Assembly: GCA_008369845.1 (NCBI GenBank)
Contig: MRSU01005533.1
Coordinates: forward strand, 1-64,000
Length of the DNA: 64,000 bases
Direction: 5' to 3'
Source of the DNA: Trichomonas gallinae
Taxonomy: Eukaryota
Part shown: one piece after another, positions 56,385 to 64,000 of the stretch
Layout: every line of letters starts with the position of its first letter
Numbering within the stretch: position 1 is the stretch's first letter
Position numbers and translations under genes: made by a program
The notes under the pieces: generated by a model
What the model saw: the letters and a program-made list of their open reading frames with translations, nothing else
Told to the model about the DNA's origin: nothing
Databases searched by the model: none

Positions 56385-56984
56385 CTTATAGATGTTAAGT
56401 TACACTTCCCAAAACTAAAAAATGATATCAATGGATTACTCCATAAAGACCCCACAATCAAATACACTTGTTCGTGCAATGATTGTTCAACAGACACTAA
56501 ATGTATTAATCCTTTTGATGTTAAAGTTGATTTTCACATCAAAGTTATTAATAAAAATACAGATCCATCATTTGCAATTACATTTACAAACAAAAAAATA
56601 TATCTTACGCATTACTCATATCAATCTCCAAGAACAAATCTAACAAATTATTGGTTTACTCCAGTAAATTGGACATTTGAAGGATCTAATGATGCAAGCA
56701 ACTACGATTTAATCGATACAGTTACAAATATTGACGTTTACTCTCCATTACAAATATTAACTCGAAAAGTATCAGTAAATAAAGCATATACTACTTTTAA
56801 AATGACACTGAATGGTTTAAGCAGTGGCAATACCAGAGAACTTCGTGTTTATAAATTAGATTTCTTTGGTGAAATTTGCTTTTTGGACGAAAACTGCCCT
56901 CGAAAAATGAATCCACTAACATGTGAACGAAGACCGTTCTTTTCGTTGAACTATATTAGCCCAATGATACTTATTTTGATTTAA
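56385..56984 (+). pseudogene. F5/8 type C (galactose-binding-like) domain protein with no in-frame upstream ATG
   Basis: Frame open 56385..56984: ...YLTHYSYQS...PVNWTFEGSNDASNYDLID...YTTFKMT...LDFFG; first in-frame ATG (56802) is near the domain end. Confidence 0.7.
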
Positions 56985-57966
56985 TTACACTAAAAGTGAC
57001 ATATTCTAACAAAAAATTGAATGCAAAGTCGTAATTCAATATTATTATTTTTTGCTTAGAAATTGATTCTCTAACAAGCTAATTATCACCCTTGTGTTCA
57101 CATCTTAAAGTTCTTTTAAGAATTATACTCAAAGAAATCATTTCCGGAAATGCATTTCAATGTTGTTTTTGTATTTACTTTGCATAAAAAAATTTTTTGT
57201 AAAAAAGGAAGATCAAAGTATGCAAAACATGGCTTATGCATACAAGATCGTATTTGCAACACTAACATCACCTATCCAAAGCGATAAATAAAGTGATTGT
57301 CATTATTTTATCCAAACATTTGATAAAATGAATGAGATATCAATGCATTTCAAAACCTTATCAATAGCTAAAATAATTGATATTACAAAGTAATTGAACT
57401 TAAAGGAGAATAACAAAATATTGCTTATTTTAGAGTTATTCATTAAGATCTAATCAAGGTCACGTGAAAAGAATTTTGGTGATTTTATGATGTCATTTTT
57501 CTGAAGCAAACATTAATGCTTTTGTGTGACGTGACTACTATTCAAGGAATTGTTAAAAGTTGGAAATTGGTTGCAGCTATTAAACAATAATAAATAGAAT
57601 GAATAATTCCCATCATGAAAAAATGTTCAAATCATCTAATTTCAGTCATGATGTGAGTATTAAATTGTTTGATCAATTTTATACATAAAACCTGTGATTT
57701 AAAGAGTACACGAAGATATGTAAATAATCGACAAAAAGAAAACCATTAATATCATACGTCAAAAAAATTATCTACTGTCATCAAAAAAAGCGATAAATCT
57801 TCTCGTTTGTCAAACAAATTTTATCAATTCACAAGTAATTTTGATGTTGTTTGCGTTTTATTTGATGAGAGCTATAATTTTTCATTTCCTGTTTTTGTTG
57901 TCCATCAATTTTTTATGAGCGACAGAATTTGATATGATTTGTCAAAATTGAATTCATATAATATCA

Positions 57967-58524
57967 ATGGTCAAAATCAGGGTGAGAATATACGACGTGA
58001 TTCGCTTCAACAGTGCTGTCAGATTCCTAAAGCTTGGCATGTACCACACGTCTGTTACTGCTGATGACATCGAATATCATTATCTTAACTTGCATAATGG
58101 CAAAAGTGGACTAGAATTTCGATGGACAGGAGTTGAAATGCAACAATATACGCTATATCAAGAGATATACCTCTGTGAAATCAAAAAATCTCCTGATGAA
58201 ATACGTCAAATGTTCACAACTTTTGTTAGTTCACCAGAATGGCTGAGTGAACATTATAATAGTTTTATGCACAACAGCAACAACTTTTCACGCGCGTTTT
58301 GCGAAAAACTTCTCGGAAAAGAAAATATGCAAAAATATCCATTTTGGGTATTTCGATCCCAACACATTGCTCGAATATTTTATACGATATCTTTATCGCA
58401 TTTTATGGTATTTTTCAGAAATAGAGATCATATTAACATGAATCAGCCATATATTTCAAAAGGGCCAAAAGGATCCGAGAAAGTCGAAGAAGAAAGAAAG
58501 AGATCAATACTGACAAGGGATTAA
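57967..58524 (+). CDS. PPPDE/DeSI (peptidase C97) family protein, catalytic Cys replaced by Ser
   Basis: VRIYDV, GMYHTSV...EY, YNSFMHNSNNFSRAFCEKLLG...PFWV. Confidence 0.82.
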   Translation: MVKIRVRIYDVIRFNSAVRFLKLGMYHTSVTADDIEYHYLNLHNGKSGLEFRWTGVEMQQYTLYQEIYLCEIKKSPDEIRQMFTTFVSSPEWLSEHYNSFMHNSNNFSRAFCEKLLGKENMQKYPFWVFRSQHIARIFYTISLSHFMVFFRNRDHINMNQPYISKGPKGSEKVEEERKRSILTRD

Positions 58525-58843
58525 GATCCATTTTTCGATCAAATTATCATCTTTCATCAAATTATCCAATTTGATCTTGTTTGTATGAAATAAATTAATT
58601 TGTATCATGTAGTGTATTTAAATTTTCATATATTGTCCACTGTTTTTCAAATATTTTTTCATTTTTGAAAAAATATGAATTTTTGGCTTATTCGAATGAT
58701 AATATTCTTAGTTTCGGTGAATTTATTATATTGATAACGGTTTGAGTCCTTAAAACCAAGAATGAATTTCAAAAATAATTTAATTAGTGTGAAATCTTTC
58801 ATTTTGTATAAATATAGTCATGAAAATAAGGCTTCATAAAAAT

Positions 58844-59755
58844 TTAATCAGATGAAGAGGAAGAAGAAGATGATGAGGATGATGAATGTGAGTGTTTGCC
58901 CTTATTATGCTTCTTGGCTGCCTTCTCGGCCTTCTTCTGAGCCTTCTTAAGCTCCTTCTCTCTCTTCTTAGCATCCTTTTCGCTGAGCTTATATCCAGCT
59001 GGTGGAGCAGCGACATGTCCTGGATGACCCTGTGGAACTGTATGGCCCTGTGGTGCTGGATGACCCTGCGGTGCTGGATGACCCTGCGGTGCTGGATGAC
59101 CCTGTGGTGGATACTGTCCTGGCATTGGTTGCTGTGGTGGATACTGGCCTGGCACTGGCTGTTGTGGTGGATACTGGCCTGGCATTGGTTGTTGTGGAGG
59201 ATACTGTCCAGGCATTGGTTGTTGTGGAGGATACTGTCCTGGCATTGGTTGCTGTGGTGGATACTGGCCTGGATATGGCTGCTGTGGTGGATATTGAACT
59301 TGGACTGGGCCTTGTGGTGGATATCCTTGCATTCCTGGCGGTGGGTTCATTGTTGTCTGCAAATGCTGGAACGGTGGATGTCCCTTTGGTGCAATTTGAA
59401 TCATCACGTGAGCTTCACCAGCGTGCTTGAATTTCTTGCTATATGGGGAGAGCTGGTACCACTGGTCGCTGACAGCGCCAATAACGTAGGCGTTTGTGTT
59501 TAATGTGAGTGTTGCAAATGGATCATTCGAGCCAACTTTATCAAAGTCGACGAATTTGAGGAGGATGTTTAGGTTTGGAACATCAAGCTGGAACTCAAAG
59601 GTTTCATCCCACTTTGGCGCGTATGTATCCTTGATAACTCTTGTTTTCTTGACAGCGAGGTTTCCGACGTGGACCTCAACGTATGGGTCACACTTGCCGA
59701 ATGTATCTGTCTTTGGGAGGTCCCTGGCTTCGATGATTTTGATGTTTAACTGCAT
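58844..59755 (-). CDS. C2 domain protein with XYPPX-type Pro/Gln repeats and Lys/Ser-rich tail
   Basis: IIEARDLPKTDTFGKCDPYV...PKWDETF...DFDKVGSND; ATG 59755 follows TCACATTT. Confidence 0.92.
   Translation of the reverse strand: MQLNIKIIEARDLPKTDTFGKCDPYVEVHVGNLAVKKTRVIKDTYAPKWDETFEFQLDVPNLNILLKFVDFDKVGSNDPFATLTLNTNAYVIGAVSDQWYQLSPYSKKFKHAGEAHVMIQIAPKGHPPFQHLQTTMNPPPGMQGYPPQGPVQVQYPPQQPYPGQYPPQQPMPGQYPPQQPMPGQYPPQQPMPGQYPPQQPVPGQYPPQQPMPGQYPPQGHPAPQGHPAPQGHPAPQGHTVPQGHPGHVAAPPAGYKLSEKDAKKREKELKKAQKKAEKAAKKHNKGKHSHSSSSSSSSSSSSD
59024..59330 (-). repeat. Coding minisatellites: 30-nt GQYPPQQPMP units (about 6) and 18-nt GHPAPQ units (about 4)
   Basis: Visible in DNA (TGTGGTGGATACTGGCCTGGCATTGGTTG-like units) and in the translation. 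Confidence 0.9.
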
Positions 59756-59995
59756 CAAAAAAATAAAATGTGAAATGAAAAATTTTTCAATCATAAAACG
59801 AAAAATATCGAAGTATTTCGTGTCAGTGGTGACGAAATACGAAACAGTCGATAAAAATTGAGATAAAATCAGTTCACTTCACTTTTGATCATAAAACGAA
59901 TTTTGCTGCTTTAAAATGTTTGTAATAATACAAAACCGTTGCAAAATTTTGATGCATAAATTTAATGCTATTGCTTTTTATCTGTCATTTTAATC

Positions 59996-60322
59996 TTTTA
60001 CATGTCAAATTGATAACTATCTTGACTGATATTATCTAATATATAGTTTTAATACCTTATATTACACATATTTGACCATACACATGTTCATAAATGTTGT
60101 TGTTTTGATCTTTCTATATTCAAAATAGTGATTTAGATGAATGTGTTGTTATTTTACATGTCAAATCTATAAAAATCTTGACTGATAAAATCTAATATAT
60201 AGCTTTAATACCTTATATTACACATATTTGGCCAGATACACGTCCATAAATGCTGGTATTTTGAACTCTCTACATTCAGGATATCGATTTAGACGTATTA
60301 GTTGATATTTTACATGTCAAAA
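59996..60322. repeat. 156-bp tandem duplication bounded by three TTTTACATGTCAAA motifs
   Basis: Motif at 59996, 60152 and 60308; both units share ATCTTGACTGATA..ATCTAATATATAG.TTTAATACCTTATATTACACATATTTG. Confidence 0.92.
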
Positions 60323-60604
60323 TAAATTTTACACGTCAAAAATATTAATGATTTTCAAGTGGAGATTTCCAGAATTAAAATCAATATAGAAGTCAGGATT
60401 TACGAGATAAATTATCGTAAAATCATCAATTAAAGTATGTACATCAATAGTTCGGTATGATAGATAGAAGTTTTATTATTATGGAATCAAAGTTTATTAT
60501 TCAATAAGGGAATTTCATTTTAGTCTTTCATGTCTTGATATATGAAGATATATAAAACTCATTTTGATTGGTAAGTAAAAAAAGAAACATTTAATTTTAT
60601 TTTG

Positions 60605-62251
60605 TTAAATTCCATACACTTTGTTTGTGCAAAGCTTCAAGTAACGTGCTGCCTCGTGAAGATCCTGCTCAACACCTTCGCCATTCTTAAGCATTACACC
60701 GTAATAGTACTGAGCGAGCTCTTTTCCTGCATCTGCTGCCTTCTTCATCCAAATAGCAGCTTCCTCGAGATCCGGTGGTACTCCAGTGCCTCCTTCTCTG
60801 AGTAATTTCGCTAAAGCGAGCATTGCTTTTTCTTCGCCCAATTCAGCAGCCTTCTTAAGATAGCTGAGGGCTTCTCTGTCATTCTGCTCGACGCCGTCAC
60901 CGTGCAAAAGCATTGTTCCGTAGTTATACATCGCTTCTTTGACATTTGCGTCTGCTGCTTGTTTGTAGTAGGCGGCTGCACTCGATTTATCCTCTCTAAT
61001 ACCATTGCCGCGGTCCAAGCACAAAGCGAAGTTGTATTGAGCTGGTGCGATATCATTATCAGCAGCTCCTCTGTAATAGTTAACAGCGAGCTCAGGATTC
61101 TTGTTGACACCGATGCCGTTGTTAAGATAGTAACCGTACGAGAACATAGCTGGTGGATATCCTGCATCTGCAGCTAATTTCATGTATTTAGCCGCATAAA
61201 CTTGATCTGCTTGCAATACATCTTGTACTCCATCGCATAGAAGCTTCGCGTATGTATATTGAGCTGGATGGAAACTTTGATCAGCGGCAGCCTTAATGTA
61301 GCGGATTCCGAGGTCAACATCTGTGTCTTCTGCATGTCCTTCGTATATTAAGTTGCCGTAGTGATACATTGCTTCAACAATTTTGCGTTCTGCACAAATT
61401 TTGAAATATTTTGCAGATTCGTCTAAGTCAACTTGTACTCCAACACCGTCCTTTAGCATCATTGCATATCTGAACATCGATGGAAGATATCCGTTGTTCG
61501 CTGAATCTCTGTAATAAGGAACTGCACATTCAATCTCAGCATCCTGTATTTCATTGTTCATAATCATTTCGGCGTAGGCATACATGGCTGGATTGAAGCC
61601 TTTATCAGCCGCTGATTTGATATAACGAGCTGCTAATTTTGGATTTGCGTTTATTCCTTCTCCTTTCTTTAACAGTAAGGCGTATTCGTATGCAGCTGGA
61701 GCAAACTTTAAGTCTGCTGCAGATTTGAAGCATTTAGCCGCTTTATACATGTCGGCTTCACCGAATAAAGCATGTTGATAAGCAAAACCGAGTCCATAAC
61801 CAGCAAGCATAAAGCCTTCGTGGTATGCGTGCTTGTAGTACTTGCATGCTTTGCTTACATTCATTTTAACTCCGCATCCAGTGAATAAAAGTGATCCGTA
61901 GTTATTTTGTGCCTCTGGGAGGCCTTTGTTAGCTGCAGTCTCGAAGTAATGGACAGCATTAAACGTATCTTTGTCCACTTCCTCACCAAGCCAATATAAA
62001 ACACCGAGATTAAATGTCGAGAAGATATTGCTGAGTTTTACAGCGTTCAACAGATACTGGATAGCCTCTTTAACGTCTTTCTTGACGAATTTTCCTGTTA
62101 GTAAAAGAACAGCGTAATTATTCATCGCGGCAGAGTCTCCGGCATCGGCAAGGTCCTTAGTTTTCTTCGCTGCGTCTTTGTCAGCCGGAAATGTGACTGT
62201 TGTGTCGGGAAGATACTCTGTGAAATATGGTGGCTCAATTACTTCTGTCAT
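60605..62251 (-). CDS. Sel1-repeat (SLR) protein
   Basis: About 14 repeats of about 36 aa of the form AMxxYGxxLxxGxGVxxDxxxAxxYxKxAAD. Confidence 0.93.
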   Translation of the reverse strand: MTEVIEPPYFTEYLPDTTVTFPADKDAAKKTKDLADAGDSAAMNNYAVLLLTGKFVKKDVKEAIQYLLNAVKLSNIFSTFNLGVLYWLGEEVDKDTFNAVHYFETAANKGLPEAQNNYGSLLFTGCGVKMNVSKACKYYKHAYHEGFMLAGYGLGFAYQHALFGEADMYKAAKCFKSAADLKFAPAAYEYALLLKKGEGINANPKLAARYIKSAADKGFNPAMYAYAEMIMNNEIQDAEIECAVPYYRDSANNGYLPSMFRYAMMLKDGVGVQVDLDESAKYFKICAERKIVEAMYHYGNLIYEGHAEDTDVDLGIRYIKAAADQSFHPAQYTYAKLLCDGVQDVLQADQVYAAKYMKLAADAGYPPAMFSYGYYLNNGIGVNKNPELAVNYYRGAADNDIAPAQYNFALCLDRGNGIREDKSSAAAYYKQAADANVKEAMYNYGTMLLHGDGVEQNDREALSYLKKAAELGEEKAMLALAKLLREGGTGVPPDLEEAAIWMKKAADAGKELAQYYYGVMLKNGEGVEQDLHEAARYLKLCTNKVYGI

Positions 62252-62928
62252 TTATAAAAACCAATTGTTTTGCGTTTTTTTGCGTTATCAAAAGCTTTAC
62301 ACCCGACACTTTACAATTTACATGGCAGATGTGGATATCACTCAATAATAATATTCATTATAACACGATCAATTGATATATAACAGGCAACTAAGATCCA
62401 AAACCGAATTGTTTTTGCTCAATTTCAATCATATCTGCATTTGACACTTTACAAATCACATGACAAAAAATCAATATTATCATTCTTAACTAATTTATCA
62501 TATATACTATGTGAAAAATAGAGGTGTAGAAACGACTATAGAAATGACGTTAAAATCTTATCGATCTTAAATTTTATCGTTTATCACAGAAAAATTGAAT
62601 TAAATTCTGATGTCAGAGAATTTGAATCAAGTTCGTTTTGACATCCGACCGTTTACATATTACATGACAAATTTCAAGAATACCCAGATTGATGTTATTA
62701 AGACTCAGATTTATCTATTCAAGTAATTATCTATTATTTCACATAGGTTTGACTTCATGTTTGCAAAATTATTATTCCGGAAAACATATTTTTCCCATTA
62801 AATTAACATTAGAGCATCAAGCAGCCTTTATTAGAGTAATTTCTGTGCATTATTCCATAGAATATAATTAAAAAGTCTAATGAAATTAAAAATAAACAAA
62901 TTTCAAACAGACTTTATAATATCGCAGT

Positions 62929-63966
62929 TTACTCTATAAGTGAAAAAGTAATATTGAAAGGAAGAAGCTGGTCGTCAACTTCTTCATAATAAAATGTAGA
63001 TTCAAAGCGCTTTTGATGGCTTTCGATGATCCATTCTGGAAGACAGATTCTTCTATGTAAGCCGAAACCTCCCTTAATGCTTTCAAATGTCTTAATTGTA
63101 ACTTTCGAAGTTTCATTATTAATCAATGCAATGGAAGCTGGGTTATGTCTTCCTGAATAATTGCATGATGAAAAAACAGTCAAGCAGCCGCCTTCTTCTC
63201 CGAAGTCGTATCTAAAACCATTTTCGCAGTATGAATGGCCGCGAATCAACATTTTGAGGTTGTTCTCGTTTAGAAACGTTTGCAAAGCTTGCTGACCGAA
63301 CTTATGACCTAAATTCCTCTCGCTATGACTAAAGTTTTTCACATTAGGGGATGGATCACTCCAAAGAAGGTCTGTGATGTCACCTGAAACCTTTGTTTGC
63401 TTCTCGAAATCATACATTTCTGAAATAGTATGGATTTTTGGAGAAATTCCTCCATGGACACAAATAAATTGGCCATTGACTATAGCAACAACAGGCATCT
63501 TGCCGAAGCTCTTGATAAAGCGCTTATAGACGTTGTTGTTCAGTCTATATACGCAGTCGTCACGGAAACCGTACATCTTCGTCACAGATGCAGTTTCGTG
63601 ATTTCCTCTTAGAAGATAAATGTTCTGTGGGAATTTGATCTTCATAGAGTAGAGGAACACGAGAACCTCTAAAGAATAACATCCACGGTCCACATAGTCT
63701 CCCAGAAGGATATATGATGTCTTTGGAGGATATCCTTGCGTTTCGAATATCCTTATCAAGTCATCGACGTTCCCATGGATGTCACCAATGACAACGAAGT
63801 CTCCGGAAAGATTGATCGCAAAGTTTTCTATCTTCATCAATTTTGCAGCTTCGTTGACAATGGAAAGGACCAATGATTCATCGATCCTGTCTATCGTGTG
63901 CTTATCCTCTCCCATGCGGTCAAACAAAATCTTTGAGATAACCTCGCTAACTTCGTCATCGCGCAT
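62929..63966 (-). CDS. PPP-family Ser/Thr phosphatase (PP1-like)
   Basis: GDIHG, GDYVDRG, LLRGNHE, VHGGIS, DLLWSDP; ATG at 63966. Confidence 0.93.
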   Translation of the reverse strand: MRDDEVSEVISKILFDRMGEDKHTIDRIDESLVLSIVNEAAKLMKIENFAINLSGDFVVIGDIHGNVDDLIRIFETQGYPPKTSYILLGDYVDRGCYSLEVLVFLYSMKIKFPQNIYLLRGNHETASVTKMYGFRDDCVYRLNNNVYKRFIKSFGKMPVVAIVNGQFICVHGGISPKIHTISEMYDFEKQTKVSGDITDLLWSDPSPNVKNFSHSERNLGHKFGQQALQTFLNENNLKMLIRGHSYCENGFRYDFGEEGGCLTVFSSCNYSGRHNPASIALINNETSKVTIKTFESIKGGFGLHRRICLPEWIIESHQKRFESTFYYEEVDDQLLPFNITFSLIE

Positions 63967-64000
63967 CAAAGAGAATGAAAATAGTAAACGAAAACTTTTG

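Noticed and set aside
56363..56391. Short intron GTTTAAA...TTAACTTATAG rescuing the F5/8 gene from ATG 56330
   Set aside because: Splicing joins to the wrong frame (stop within 9 codons) and the trichomonad ACTAAC-type branch/3' motif is not matched
58892..59503. Trp/Leu-rich and Val/Asp-rich ORFs on the + strand
   Set aside because: Antisense readings of the Pro/Gln repeats of the C2 gene
59996..60340. CRISPR-like array
   Set aside because: The intervening segments are copies of each other, the repeat is only 14 bp, there are no cas genes and the context is eukaryotic

Overview
AT-rich, apparently intron-free eukaryotic DNA. The gene content points to a parabasalid trichomonad (Trichomonas-like), inferred from BspA/TpLRR surface proteins, an IBP39-type initiator-binding domain, several R2R3 Mybs, DUF3447/ankyrin relics, BEACH-family proteins, TCA-type initiators and 21 of 24 stops being TAA. 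The window holds about 21 intact CDS, 3 genes with intact bodies but a lesion at the start, several decayed pseudogenes and 2 tRNA genes (Lys-UUU, Thr-UGU). No recognisable transposase was seen. The main signals not explained by gene calls are: (1) a recurrent, strand-oriented, clustered upstream motif TTTTGWCRYGTAAA (about 20 copies, three phased by an exact 156-bp repeat); (2) a shared Cys-then-hydrophobic C-terminus on unrelated surface-protein families; (3) surface genes broken only in their first codons; (4) two strong intergenic inverted repeats; (5) a bacterial-type endonuclease I, a Cys-to-Ser DeSI pseudo-peptidase and an atypical two-domain E2F with an upstream E2F site. All calls are by eye; no database searches were run.
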